64,000 nt of DNA, taken from a virus. Taxonomy: Duplodnaviria > Heunggongvirae > Uroviricota > Caudoviricetes. Positions 30,329 through 40,828 of this stretch are shown here, in pieces. Location of the stretch: the IMG/VR virus record IMGVR_UViG_2778261375_000003, one strand, 5' to 3'. The notes beneath the pieces were generated by a model that had not been told where the DNA came from, ran no database searches, and was given only the letters and a program-made list of their open reading frames with translations. The position numbers and the translations under genes were made by a program. Each line of letters opens with the position of its first letter. Positions within the stretch are counted from its first letter, which is position 1.

Positions 30329-30769
30329 ATGTCTACCTATTCTTTTATGGATGTCACTGCGACGCTGACCGGCCCGACCGGTTCGATTGACCTCGGGTAC
30401 GGTTCTGCAAGTTCTGAAGAGGGGATTGTGGTTGCGATGGGCGGCCCTAAAAACACCATGACCATCGGTGCTGATGGCGAAGTGATGCACAGTCTCCATG
30501 CAGATAAAAGCGGGACGATTACCGTTAACCTTCTGAAGACATCACCGACAAATAAAAAATTGTCGCTGGCGTATAACGCACAGAGCCAGTCTTCTGCCAC
30601 ATGGGGGAATAACGTTATTGTGATCCGAAACAAGGTCAGCGGCGACATCATCACGGCACGTAGTGTTGCGTTCCAGAAACAACCGGATAATGCCAACGCT
30701 AAAACCGGTAATACGATGCCGTGGGTGTTTGACTGCGGCAAGATTGACCAGGTTCTCGGGGAGTTTTAA
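30329..30769 (+). CDS. Tail tube protein
   Basis: 146 aa following sheath gene. Confidence 0.6.
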   Translation: MSTYSFMDVTATLTGPTGSIDLGYGSASSEEGIVVAMGGPKNTMTIGADGEVMHSLHADKSGTITVNLLKTSPTNKKLSLAYNAQSQSSATWGNNVIVIRNKVSGDIITARSVAFQKQPDNANAKTGNTMPWVFDCGKIDQVLGEF

Positions 30770-30772
30770 TAC

Positions 30773-31225
30773 ATGGAATTCGAAATCAAAGGCGTGAAAT
30801 ATCGCGCGGCAAAACTCAGCGTTTTTGATCAGCTGAAAGTGACCCGCAAACTTCTGCCGGTGCTGGCAGGAATGATGTCAGATTTCGGGAGCATTCGCTC
30901 CCGTTTGCCTGCTGATGGCAAAATCGACACCGTGAAATTCGAGCAGTTAAAACCGGTGTTTGAAACCATGCTCCCGCGTATCGCTGAGGAACTGTCTTCC
31001 CTGACCGAAGATGACACCAGTGCGATTATTCATCCCTGTCTTGCGGTGGTATCGCGGCGTCATATGGACGGATGGGTTCCGGTATTTACCCAGGGCGAAC
31101 TGATGTTTGATGATATTGACTTGCTGGTCATGCTGCATCTGGTGGCGCGGGTGGTCGCCGATTCGCTGGGAAATTTTTTGCAAGGACTCCCTACCAAAGA
31201 GACGCCCATCCCGCCAGCGGAATAA
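30773..31225 (+). CDS. Tail assembly chaperone
   Basis: 150 aa between tube and tape measure; 177-bp gap before tape measure could hold a frameshift extension. Confidence 0.5.
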   Translation: MEFEIKGVKYRAAKLSVFDQLKVTRKLLPVLAGMMSDFGSIRSRLPADGKIDTVKFEQLKPVFETMLPRIAEELSSLTEDDTSAIIHPCLAVVSRRHMDGWVPVFTQGELMFDDIDLLVMLHLVARVVADSLGNFLQGLPTKETPIPPAE

Positions 31226-31402
31226 CCTTCAATAGCCTGCCGGGTGGTGAAGATTTTATTCTTCGTCCGGCGCTTGCCTTCCATATTGACCAGAAAGATC
31301 TTAACAGTGGTGCGGTAGATCTCTGTCGCATCGCGCTTCTTAATGACTACCTTGATATGTGCGAGGACAACGATGTCCGGGTAGAAAAATGGAGAGAGGA
31401 TA

Positions 31403-33388
31403 ATGAACGCCGAGACTATTAAAGATTTCCTCGTCTCGCTTGGCTTCAGTGTGGATGATGCAGGAGCGAAAAAGTTCGGTTCTGTCCTCGCCGGTACAAC
31501 TGCAAATGTCATCAAAATGGGGCTGGCCGTCGAAGGAGCTGCACTGTCCGTGGTGGCCTTCACGGCTAAGATCGCCTCCGGTCTGGATAATCTTTACTGG
31601 GCGTCACAGCGCACTGGCGCGACAGTCCAGGGAATTCAGTCTATTGGCTATGCGGTTTCGCAGGTTGGCGGCAGTGTGGACGCTGCGCGATCTTCTCTGG
31701 AAAGCCTCTCCCGGTTTATTCGTAACAATCCCGGAGCAGAAGGCTTTCTGAATCGCCTGGGCGTACAGACCCGTGATGCCAGCGGCAACATGCGTGACAT
31801 GGCCGCTATTTTTACAGGTGTAGGCCAGAAGCTCAGCGGTATGCCGTATTACCGGGCTAACCAGTATGCGCAGATGCTGGGCATTGACGAAAATACCCTG
31901 ATGGCCATGCGTCGTGGTGTGGGGCAGTTCAGCGCTCAGTATTCAGAAATGGTGAAAGCGATCGGATTTAATGCCGATCAGGCTGCCTTATCGTCAAACC
32001 GGTTTATGACCTCGCTGAAATCGCTCGGTGAAATGGCCGGGATGGCGCGGGACAAAATCGGATCGAATCTTGCGGACGGACTGGCGGGGCAGATTGATAA
32101 CCTGCGCAAAAAGATAATTGAAAATTTTCCCAAAATTGAAGTCACCATCACAAAGGTCATAAAGGGGATCCTCTGGCTGGGTGAGATAGTCGGGCGGGTA
32201 GCATTTCGGATAGTCGATGGTGTCGGAGATATCATCGAGTGGTGGGGGAAACTGGATGCCGAAACGAAAACCCTGATAGAGGTTATCGGCGGTCTGGTTG
32301 TCGCCATGCGGATACTTAACTCTACTTTCTGGATGTCACCTATAGGGCTGATTACCGGTCTGATCGTGGCTCTCGGTCTCTTGTGGGAAGACTACAAAAC
32401 ATGGAAAGAAGGCGGTAACAGTCTTATCGACTGGGAAAAATGGCAACCGGCAATAGATAAAGCGAAGGATGCGATCACCTGGCTTCGTGACCACCTTCTG
32501 GAACTAAAAGATGGTGTTGGCGGCTGGCAAAATGCACTGGAAATCCTTGGTACATTCATCGCGGGTGTCTGGGTATCCAGGGTTCTGGGGGCTTTCGGGA
32601 AAATATCAGGTTTGCCGGTCCCGCCGTGGTTAAAAGGCTGGATGGCTTATGCTGCGTATTTGTACTCTGATCGCGAAAATATTGGTGCCAGTGCGAAGTC
32701 ATCCTGGGATTACACGAAACAAAATATTGGAGATTCATTGCGCTGGCTTGGCATTGATACCGATTTTGGTCGTAATCCTCATACCGTAAAAGGCGCAAAT
32801 ATTCAGTCAGATATTCCAGGTGCTGAGCCGGAACAATATGCACAGGCTACGAAACGAGGAGAACGGAATAACAATCCGGGAAACCTTAATTTTGCTGGTC
32901 AGGCAGGGGCTTCTCTTGAACGCCCGGGCGGGCGATTTGCCAGATTTGAAACTGCCTTTGATGGATTACGGGCTCTTGCTCGTCAGTTAATGCTGTACGC
33001 CGGACGGGGAATAAACAGTGTGGAGAAAATTATCTCTACCTGGGCACCTGCGTCTGATAATAACAACACAACAGCGTATATCAGGGCTGTATCGCAACGA
33101 CTGGGAGTGGATCCCCGGGCTGCCCTGAATATGAGCGATCCGCAAACCATGTCAGCATTGATGAGCAGCATTATCCAGCATGAGAATGGAAGAAATATCT
33201 ATTCTCGAGAGCTGATTAATAAGGCTGCCGTGGCGGGAATTAGTGGCAAAGTGACAGAGGTTAACCAGCAAAATACCTACCACATTTACGGTGGCGGAGA
33301 TCCGCACGCTGTCGGTAATGAGGTTGCACGTCGGCAACAGTCTGCAAATGCTCAGGTCATGCGAAGTAATCAGGTGAGGGTGGGTTAG
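31403..33388 (+). CDS. Tail tape measure protein
   Basis: 661 aa, helical with central hydrophobic segment, after the chaperone. Confidence 0.75.
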   Translation: MNAETIKDFLVSLGFSVDDAGAKKFGSVLAGTTANVIKMGLAVEGAALSVVAFTAKIASGLDNLYWASQRTGATVQGIQSIGYAVSQVGGSVDAARSSLESLSRFIRNNPGAEGFLNRLGVQTRDASGNMRDMAAIFTGVGQKLSGMPYYRANQYAQMLGIDENTLMAMRRGVGQFSAQYSEMVKAIGFNADQAALSSNRFMTSLKSLGEMAGMARDKIGSNLADGLAGQIDNLRKKIIENFPKIEVTITKVIKGILWLGEIVGRVAFRIVDGVGDIIEWWGKLDAETKTLIEVIGGLVVAMRILNSTFWMSPIGLITGLIVALGLLWEDYKTWKEGGNSLIDWEKWQPAIDKAKDAITWLRDHLLELKDGVGGWQNALEILGTFIAGVWVSRVLGAFGKISGLPVPPWLKGWMAYAAYLYSDRENIGASAKSSWDYTKQNIGDSLRWLGIDTDFGRNPHTVKGANIQSDIPGAEPEQYAQATKRGERNNNPGNLNFAGQAGASLERPGGRFARFETAFDGLRALARQLMLYAGRGINSVEKIISTWAPASDNNNTTAYIRAVSQRLGVDPRAALNMSDPQTMSALMSSIIQHENGRNIYSRELINKAAVAGISGKVTEVNQQNTYHIYGGGDPHAVGNEVARRQQSANAQVMRSNQVRVG

Positions 33389-33975
33389 TGGATATTCTCT
33401 CTACACTTTTTCATCAGCAGAGCAGAAAAATAGGAATGATTGTTCCCAGTGTTGTTATTTCAGAGAAGCATACAGATATGCTTGAAATAACAGAGCATCC
33501 GGTAGAGGTCGGGGCCGCTGTCGCTGATCATGCCTATAAAAAACCGTCAGAAGTGGTGATGGAGGTTGGTTTCGCCGGTGGCGGCGCATTGCTGGATTTT
33601 GCCAGTAACCTGACGGCTACCAGCCTGCTCGGCCTGAGTCCTCAGCAGACGTATCAGGAGCTACTGGGTCTGCAGGAAAGCCGTATCCCCTTCGATGTGG
33701 TAACCGGTAAACGGCTGTACAGCAACATGTTGATCCGGGCGCTGGAAGTGACGACGGACAAGACAACCGAAAACGTCCTGTCCGCCGTCCTCACCCTGAG
33801 GGAGGTCATTATCTCCCGGACACAGCAGATTACCGTCGCGGATAAAACCAACATGAAGGAAGGGGCCAGCACGTCGGCGGTACAGAACAGCGGCAACAAA
33901 ACCACAAAGCCTCCAGATACTTCACTGCTGAAAAGCATCACGGGTAACGTGGCGTCATTACTGGGGGGCGGCTAA
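33388..33975 (+). CDS. Tail/baseplate protein (hypothetical), GTG start
   Basis: 195 aa; GTG start overlaps tape-measure stop. Confidence 0.5.
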   Translation: MDILSTLFHQQSRKIGMIVPSVVISEKHTDMLEITEHPVEVGAAVADHAYKKPSEVVMEVGFAGGGALLDFASNLTATSLLGLSPQQTYQELLGLQESRIPFDVVTGKRLYSNMLIRALEVTTDKTTENVLSAVLTLREVIISRTQQITVADKTNMKEGASTSAVQNSGNKTTKPPDTSLLKSITGNVASLLGGG

Positions 33976-34277
33976 TGACAATTCAGGAAATTCCGCTGAC
34001 AGCGGACAACCAGCAGTTCTGCATCGTCCTGGGTGGTGTCACCTGGCGGATTAGCATCATATGGCGCGATCTGTACTGGATTATGGACCTGCAGAACGAC
34101 AGAGGGGAGCCGGTAATCTCCGGTATTCCTCTCGTCACTGGTGCTGACCTGCTGGCGCAGTACGCCTGTATGGGGCTTGGTTTTAAGCTGGTGGTGGTCT
34201 GTGATGACAACACACAGGATTACCCCACAAAAACTGACCTGGGCGGTCGCAGCCATTTACTGGTATCAACGGAGTAA
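33975..34277 (+). CDS. Tail/baseplate protein (hypothetical)
   Basis: 100 aa, ATGA-coupled. Confidence 0.5.
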   Translation: MTIQEIPLTADNQQFCIVLGGVTWRISIIWRDLYWIMDLQNDRGEPVISGIPLVTGADLLAQYACMGLGFKLVVVCDDNTQDYPTKTDLGGRSHLLVSTE

Positions 34278-34279
34278 GC

Positions 34280-35347
34280 ATGTCACAGAACTGGATGAGA
34301 CATTTCGAGCTGCAGCTTGTGGACGGGAACGGTCAGGGAATTGAGCTAAGTGATTTCAAAGTCACCTTTACGATCGACTGGTTCAACATCAGCAGCGCGT
34401 CCCGGGTAGGGACTATCAAAATTTATAACCTCTCGGCAGATACTGTGAACCGAATTACCGGGCAAGAGTTTTCGAAAGTGCGTCTGATTGCCGGTTACGA
34501 CGGTATCGCGCCGGAGGTGTCAGCAAGCGACGTCGGGACAGTGCGGGAAGTTGACGCGGCGGACGTGGGCCAGAGTGATGGTCGCAACTACGGACTGATT
34601 TTCAGCGGTGAAATTCGCTACTCGGTTACAGGAAAAGACAGTCCGGTTGATTCCTACGTCCTGATTCAGGCAGCAGATACTGATCTGGCTTTTGCCACCA
34701 GTATAACCTCACAGACGCTGGCTGCCGGTTACACGGTCGCTGATGTAAACCGTGCGCTGATGAAAGACTTCGAAGCCAAAGGCGCGACCGAAGGCCTGAC
34801 GCCTGAAATGCCTGCTACTGTATTCCCCCGGGGGCGGGTACTCTTTGGCATGACGCGGCATCTAATGGATAACGTAGCCGGGCAATGTGGCGCAACATGG
34901 CAATTCGTGGATGGTCAGCGCCAGATGGTGGCGAATAACGAATATGTTCATGAAGCGATTGTGCTCAACAGCGCTACCGGGCTTATTGGCATGCCGCAGC
35001 AGACTATCGGTAACGGCGTAAACGTCCGCGCGCTTATTAATCCGAACATCCGGGTTAACGGACTTATTCAGCTGGATCAGGCTTCCGTGTATCGTACCGC
35101 CTTGTCGAACAACGATATCGCGATGGCCGGTGGGCAGATCACTGACCAGAACACGGACGGAAATATTACGCTAAGCGGCACCACATCGCAGCCTGCCAGC
35201 ATCGCAACGGATGGCGTTTATATTGTGCGCGGGATTATGTACACTGGCGACACAAGGGGCCAGGCGTGGTACATGGATATGATGTGCGAAGCGCGCGGTG
35301 CGGCGGATCTTCGTTCGGCGTCGTCTTTACAGCGTGAGGTAGGATAG
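34280..35347 (+). CDS. Baseplate hub-like protein
   Basis: 355 aa following tape measure and small tail proteins. Confidence 0.5.
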   Translation: MSQNWMRHFELQLVDGNGQGIELSDFKVTFTIDWFNISSASRVGTIKIYNLSADTVNRITGQEFSKVRLIAGYDGIAPEVSASDVGTVREVDAADVGQSDGRNYGLIFSGEIRYSVTGKDSPVDSYVLIQAADTDLAFATSITSQTLAAGYTVADVNRALMKDFEAKGATEGLTPEMPATVFPRGRVLFGMTRHLMDNVAGQCGATWQFVDGQRQMVANNEYVHEAIVLNSATGLIGMPQQTIGNGVNVRALINPNIRVNGLIQLDQASVYRTALSNNDIAMAGGQITDQNTDGNITLSGTTSQPASIATDGVYIVRGIMYTGDTRGQAWYMDMMCEARGAADLRSASSLQREVG

Positions 35348-35700
35348 TGAAAAAGTGGATTGTTATTGGACTCTGTTTCCTTCCGGGGTTCGCATTTGCT
35401 GCGAATCCTGGCGGTGTCACGCTTCAGTGTGGTGGCTACAAATTAGAGTTGATTCCTGATTCATTGTTCAGGATTAATGGTGAGACAGTTACCTCCCAGA
35501 AAATCAAAACGCTCGGCAACGGTAATGGAATGAAGGCGGATATGGGGCTTATGCCAGCCAAAGACGGTAACAATTACGGTTTCGAGTTCATTCGCCGTCC
35601 GGGTACCGAAACGCGATTCCTGAATGTCCAGCTTCTGCAGAACAGCATGGATGCGCCGAAAATCATCGGATCTTTCCCTTGTAAAAAAGTGGCTGGGTGA
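35347..35700 (+). CDS. Secreted small protein with signal peptide (probable moron)
   Basis: GTG start; MKKWIVIGLCFLPGFAFA signal peptide; two Cys; followed by weak hairpin/T-run about 35727-35765. Confidence 0.5.
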   Translation: MKKWIVIGLCFLPGFAFAANPGGVTLQCGGYKLELIPDSLFRINGETVTSQKIKTLGNGNGMKADMGLMPAKDGNNYGFEFIRRPGTETRFLNVQLLQNSMDAPKIIGSFPCKKVAG

Positions 35701-35849
35701 AGGTAACCTGAAATTCGTAACGCCTGAAAAACAACAAAATGTGCTCTAAAAACTGTTGTTTTTTGAGACGAGCGATTACACTGCACTGACTTTTTGATGG
35801 TGGATTGCCATCGATATGCTACTTCATTAAAGCCAGGAATAACTAAAAC

Positions 35850-36581
35850 ATGAGTTTAGCGCAGCCAAAATCAGGAGAACTGTTAGATCTTCTGACTCCT
35901 TCATTAACTAAGGGTGAAAACCTTCTGAGTGAGTTTGAAATCCATCGAATCATTCGTGAAGCGAAGAAACTACCTGAACGTTATCAGGGGCTATCAATTG
36001 AAGGCTTAGCTAAGCTTGTTCTTGGTGAAATAGATGAAGGATGTTCACTCTGTGAGCGGGGGTTGAGAATAGCGCCTAACGATCCAGTTTCTTTTTGTAA
36101 CTATACGATTGCGCTGCGTAACTTAGGTTTGCATGCTCGCCAGTATGTGATGATTCAGAAAGCATCTGATTCACTTAATCCAACGATATTGGCTGAGGTT
36201 GCTACAATTTCTGCATACTGGGTTGATATCGATTTGCTTGAAAAGGTGATGCCGATGCTAACTGCAATGGAAGTACCGCGCCCTGAAGATATGGGCAAAT
36301 GGTATGACACGCTCAATTATCTGCATACCCAAAAAGATCATGCTCAGGAGCTAAAAACTATTGGGCGGCTCATGATGAACGTTGCAGAAAAGTACCGCGC
36401 TCGTCTTGCTGGCGCTCATGCTTTTTATGTAATGTCAGAACTTGATACGCTGTTCGTTGAAGTCAAAACAGACGATCCAGTGCTTCTTTCGCAGATGAAT
36501 AATGCCTTGGCTGATGAGATTATTATTGCGGGGCTTGCGGATTCAGAATGCGTCGGATGCTTTGAAGCCGGGGAACTCTAA
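35850..36581 (+). CDS. Hypothetical helical protein, gene 1 of two-gene moron
   Basis: 243 aa; preceded by 150-bp AT-rich intergenic; stop overlaps next ATG (TAATG). Confidence 0.55.
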   Translation: MSLAQPKSGELLDLLTPSLTKGENLLSEFEIHRIIREAKKLPERYQGLSIEGLAKLVLGEIDEGCSLCERGLRIAPNDPVSFCNYTIALRNLGLHARQYVMIQKASDSLNPTILAEVATISAYWVDIDLLEKVMPMLTAMEVPRPEDMGKWYDTLNYLHTQKDHAQELKTIGRLMMNVAEKYRARLAGAHAFYVMSELDTLFVEVKTDDPVLLSQMNNALADEIIIAGLADSECVGCFEAGEL

Positions 36582-37009
36582 TGTCGGTTGAGCATACCTG
36601 TTTTCTTGAATTGGCTAAGCATTCCCTGGCTCTAAACGGTGAGATGTGGACGAGAAATGCTATTAGCCGAGCATACTATGGTATGTACCATTCCGCCTTA
36701 CGGATCACCAACAATCTGGTACCGACCGCTACACAAGATGGTGAAAAACTAAAAGGTGGAGTTCACATGCGAGTCTATACGGCCTTTTGTAGTGGTGAGG
36801 CAGCTGCACTTAACGATGTTGATGTTAACGCAGTAAAGAAAATCGGCGTTAAACTGAAAATGACGCATGCCCAACGTGTTAATTCTGATTACAAGCTTGA
36901 GCGGAAAATCAACCGGATTACCGCGAGAAGTGTAATTCTGGATGCGGAAGAGGTCGATGCAATCGTTAATCAATTACTGAAGATTGGTGATGACTCGTTA
37001 ACTGCATAA
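36581..37009 (+). CDS. HEPN-like protein, gene 2 of two-gene moron
   Basis: 142 aa; N-terminal helix pair FLELAKHSLALNGEMWTRNAISRAYYGMYHSALRI resembles the HEPN N-terminal pattern; assignment by pattern only. Confidence 0.45.
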   Translation: MSVEHTCFLELAKHSLALNGEMWTRNAISRAYYGMYHSALRITNNLVPTATQDGEKLKGGVHMRVYTAFCSGEAAALNDVDVNAVKKIGVKLKMTHAQRVNSDYKLERKINRITARSVILDAEEVDAIVNQLLKIGDDSLTA

Positions 37010-37030
37010 GCTGAAATTTCTCAAAATTCA

Positions 37031-37055
37031 AACCCGCCACTTGGCGGGTTTTTTG
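37031..37055 (+). terminator. Rho-independent terminator ending the moron cassette
   Basis: aacccgccacttggcgggtt hairpin plus tttttt. Confidence 0.75.
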
Positions 37056-37073
37056 CTTTCTGGAGCCTACTAA

Positions 37074-37826
37074 ATGGCAGTATCTGACCAGACCCGCAGC
37101 GGCGACCTTGCCGAAACATTTAAATCTGAACGGGAAACAACAAAGAACCAGATCCGTGTCGCCTTGCCTGGCATTGTTCAGTCATTCGCTCCTGATGCGG
37201 TGACGGCGGTTGTACAGCCTGCTATCCGTTACGTTGAAATTGATAACGACGGCAACCGCATTACCAAAAATTACCCATTGCTGGTGGATGTGCCAGTGGT
37301 ATTCCCGCGTGGCGGAGGCTGTACGCTAACGTTTCCAGTTAAAGCCGGTGATGAATGTTTGGTGATTTTTGCCGATCGTTGTATTGATTTCTGGTGGCAG
37401 AGTGGCGGGATACAGGAGCCGGTCGATGACAGAATGCATGATTTATCGGATGCGTTTTGTATTGTCGGTCCCCAGTCGCAGGCAAGGAAGATTAGCGGTA
37501 TTAATACCAGTGCCACACAGTTGCGTAGTGATGACGGCAGCACCTATTTTGAGCTTAATCCTGATACCAGGAAAATTAAAATTGTCGCTCCGGGGGGCCT
37601 TGATGTGGTTGCCCCTCTGGCTGATTTTTCTGAGAAAGTAACCATTCATGGCCTGTTAACCTGGATGGGAGGCATGGTGGGGTCTGTTGTTTCTGGTGTG
37701 GCTTCAAAAATCACTGGTGCTGTTGAGTTTTTGGGTAGCGTGAAGGCTAACGGCAAGCCAATCGATGATACGCACACTCATGGTGGTGTTCAGCGCGGTG
37801 GAAGCAATACCGACGGAGTAAAATGA
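37074..37826 (+). CDS. Baseplate central spike protein (gpV / Gp138-N-like)
   Basis: 250 aa, upstream of W- and J-like baseplate genes. Confidence 0.6.
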   Translation: MAVSDQTRSGDLAETFKSERETTKNQIRVALPGIVQSFAPDAVTAVVQPAIRYVEIDNDGNRITKNYPLLVDVPVVFPRGGGCTLTFPVKAGDECLVIFADRCIDFWWQSGGIQEPVDDRMHDLSDAFCIVGPQSQARKISGINTSATQLRSDDGSTYFELNPDTRKIKIVAPGGLDVVAPLADFSEKVTIHGLLTWMGGMVGSVVSGVASKITGAVEFLGSVKANGKPIDDTHTHGGVQRGGSNTDGVK

Positions 37827-38179
37827 TGCGATACAGACGTGAAGACGCCGATGGCGATTACACCTTTGGCAGCGGTGATGACACCTGGCTGATTAACTCA
37901 CCGGAGGCCGTGGCGCAGGCGGTAAAAACGCGATTCGAATTGTGGTATGGGCAATGGTTTCTCGACACCACCGAGGGGACTCCGTGGATCCAGTCCGTAC
38001 TCGGTAAGCAGAAGCCGGAAACCTACAACCTAGCGATCAGAAAACGCATTCTGGAAACGCAGGGCGTTAAATCAATCCTCTCTTTCAATACGACGGTGGA
38101 TACCACGACCCGACGTGTCATGTTTTCCGCTGAAATCGACACTCTCTATGGAATAACGACTGTTACATCGGAGGCGTAA
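37823..38179 (+). CDS. Baseplate protein (gpW-like)
   Basis: 118 aa, ATGA-coupled between spike and J-like gene. Confidence 0.55.
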   Translation: MMRYRREDADGDYTFGSGDDTWLINSPEAVAQAVKTRFELWYGQWFLDTTEGTPWIQSVLGKQKPETYNLAIRKRILETQGVKSILSFNTTVDTTTRRVMFSAEIDTLYGITTVTSEA

Positions 38180-39378
38180 TGGCTCTGAACCTTGATTCTC
38201 TCGGTTTATCTGCAAAGGTAACCGCGGAGGGGATCAGTGCGCCTGATTATCAGACGATACTCAGCACCCTGATTAGCTATTTTCAGCAGATTTATGGCAG
38301 TGATGCCTACCTCGAACCGGACAGCAAAGACGGCCAGATGGTGGCTCTGATGGCGCTGGCGATTCATGATGCCAATAATATGGCGATAACTGTCTACAAC
38401 TGTTTTTCACCGGCAACCGGCTATGGGGCTGCACTGACCAGTAACGTGAAAATAAATGGTATTTCACGTAAAGGCGCGACGAATTCTACGGTTGATTTGC
38501 TTCTTACAGGAACTGCCGGGGCAACCATCATTAATGGCAGCGTGAAAGACAGTAATAATGTGATATGGCGTTTGCCTGCTTCAGTGGTGGTCGGCGTGGA
38601 TGGTACAGTGATGGTGACCGCAACATGTTCCGTCAGTGGTGCAGTGGCGGCGCTGGCTGGAACTATCACTGAAATTAATACGCCAACCCGTGGCTGGATT
38701 TCGGTAACCAATCCTGCTGCAGCTACTGTAGGCACTCCAGCAGAAACTGATGCTGAGTTACGTATCCGCCAGTCGCAAAGTGTTGCGTTGCCATCAATAA
38801 CCCCATTTGAAGCACTGGATGGTGCTGTTTCTAATGTTGCCGGTGTAACCCGCCACAAACTCTATGAAAACGATACTGGTTCGGAGGACGGTAACGGGTT
38901 ACCGCCACACTCTGTTGCTGTAATTGTGGATGGTGGTGATGTGACGGATATTGCTCAGGCTATCAGAGGGAATAAAGGCCAGGGGACAGCCACTCACGGT
39001 ACAACATCCGTTACGGTTCTGGATAAATACGGCAATCCCCATGTAATCAAATTCTCGCGTTCCAGTGATGTACCTGTTTATGCCCGGATTAAATTAAAAG
39101 TTTTTACGGGTTATACCTCACAGATAGGGCAGCAGATCCAGCAGGCTATTTCCGACTATATCAATAGTCTGATGATTGGTGATTCGGTCCTTTTAAGTCG
39201 CATTTACTCACCGGCGAATCTTGGCGTGGTGAGTGGCGGGAATGCACGCTATTACGATATTCAGGAACTGACGATTGGGAAATCCCCGGGGGCTTTGTCG
39301 TCATCAAACATTGATATCAGATACAACGAATCTGCGTCCTGTACCCCGGAAAATATCGTTATAACGGTGGAGTCATGA
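38179..39378 (+). CDS. Baseplate J-like protein
   Basis: 399 aa in canonical position. Confidence 0.6.
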   Translation: MALNLDSLGLSAKVTAEGISAPDYQTILSTLISYFQQIYGSDAYLEPDSKDGQMVALMALAIHDANNMAITVYNCFSPATGYGAALTSNVKINGISRKGATNSTVDLLLTGTAGATIINGSVKDSNNVIWRLPASVVVGVDGTVMVTATCSVSGAVAALAGTITEINTPTRGWISVTNPAAATVGTPAETDAELRIRQSQSVALPSITPFEALDGAVSNVAGVTRHKLYENDTGSEDGNGLPPHSVAVIVDGGDVTDIAQAIRGNKGQGTATHGTTSVTVLDKYGNPHVIKFSRSSDVPVYARIKLKVFTGYTSQIGQQIQQAISDYINSLMIGDSVLLSRIYSPANLGVVSGGNARYYDIQELTIGKSPGALSSSNIDIRYNESASCTPENIVITVES

Positions 39379-40055
39379 GCAAATACACCGAACTAATCAC
39401 AAACTACCACGCCACCAAACCTAAATTTCTTGCACATGTTGATCTGATGACCCGGCCGCTTATTGATGTTGCGGCTGCCACCAGAGGGCTGATTACTGCA
39501 TTTGATATTGACTCTGCGGTTGGTGTGCAACTTGACATTCTGGGATTGTGGATCGGACGTAGCCGTGTTGTCAGCCAGCCTATCTCAGGTGTCTATTTCA
39601 GCTGGGATACCGACGGGCTTGGATATGATCAGGGGGTATGGCAGGGACCATACGATCCTGATTCCGGATACATGTACCTCAGCGATGAAACTTATCGTGT
39701 CATTCTTAAAGCGAAGATTGCGATTAATAACTGGGACGGACGGAATGATTCGCTTCCGGCAATTCTTGACGCTGCAACAGCAGGATCCGGGCTGCGAATG
39801 CAGATAGTCGATAACCAGGACATGACGATATCGGTCTGGGTCTTTCCTGATACTGATATTTCAGATGTATCGCGTGAGTTAATTGCGGCAATTAAACAGG
39901 GGTATCTCACAGTAAAAGTCGCCGGGGTATGGGCGGGTGGCATTGAAACACCTTCGGTGGAAACCCCATCGGAAGGCTCAAAATTTTTTGGTTTTGATAT
40001 GGATAACGAATTCATCAGTGGTTTTGATGTAGGAGCATGGGGAGTATTACTCTGA
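39375..40055 (+). CDS. Baseplate protein (gpI-like)
   Basis: 226 aa between J-like gene and tail fiber. Confidence 0.5.
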   Translation: MSKYTELITNYHATKPKFLAHVDLMTRPLIDVAAATRGLITAFDIDSAVGVQLDILGLWIGRSRVVSQPISGVYFSWDTDGLGYDQGVWQGPYDPDSGYMYLSDETYRVILKAKIAINNWDGRNDSLPAILDAATAGSGLRMQIVDNQDMTISVWVFPDTDISDVSRELIAAIKQGYLTVKVAGVWAGGIETPSVETPSEGSKFFGFDMDNEFISGFDVGAWGVLL

Positions 40056-40828
40056 TGGCGAAAAATGACTTTAAAGCGTTTGCAACGGATCGAAATGCCA
40101 ATGTTATATCGCAGGAGGAATGGGAAGCGTTGCCCGCGCTTTTATCCGGATTTACAGCAGGGAAAGCCTCCAGTGCGCAAGTCAATAAGGTTATTCGGCA
40201 GGCCAGCTTTATTGCTGCAGCTCTGGCCCAGTTTGTAAGTGATAAAACGCAACGGGATGTGCTTGATAATGGTGATCTGCCCGGTTTTGTTGAATTGCTG
40301 GGATCGGGGTTTGCTGTTGAATACCTGAGCCGCAAGAATCCGTTTGGTGATATCAAATCGGATGGCACGGTGAAAACGGCTCTCGAAAACCTTGGTTTGG
40401 GAGAAGGTTCGGCATTACCCGTTGGTGTGCCTGTCCCGTGGCCTTCCGCCACTCCGCCAACAGGCTGGCTAAAATGCAATGGTGCGGCTTTTTCTGCTGA
40501 AGAATACCCGGAACTGGCAAAGGTTTATCCGACAAATAAATTGCCTGATTTACGCGGTGAATTTATTCGTGGATGGGATGATGGGCGTGGGGTGGATTCC
40601 TCTCGTGGTTTGTTGACATCTCAAGACCATTTATTTGCTTCTCATGGGCACTGGTTTGACAAGTACTATGCGCTAACAGGTTTTGATACAACGGGAGGTC
40701 GGTTCGTAGTTACGGCTGATGCTTTCGGGGAACTTATTAAGGCAAATTCAATTTCTACGGTATCGGTTGGTGGTTCTGAAACCCGGCCGCGCAACGTCGC
40801 ATTTAACTATATCGTGAGGGCAGCCTGA
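40055..40828 (+). CDS. Tail fiber protein (short, Stf-like C-terminus)
   Basis: C-terminus ...[10 protein letters not shown]...[12 protein letters not shown]...[11 protein letters not shown] parallels recalled lambda Stf C-terminus; ATGA overlap with previous gene. Confidence 0.7.
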   Translation: MAKNDFKAFATDRNANVISQEEWEALPALLSGFTAGKASSAQVNKVIRQASFIAAALAQFVSDKTQRDVLDNGDLPGFVELLGSGFAVEYLSRKNPFGDIKSDGTVKTALENLGLGEGSALPVGVPVPWPSATPPTGWLKCNGAAFSAEEYPELAKVYPTNKLPDLRGEFIRGWDDGRGVDSSRGLLTSQDHLFASHGHWFDKYYALTGFDTTGGRFVVTADAFGELIKANSISTVSVGGSETRPRNVAFNYIVRAA

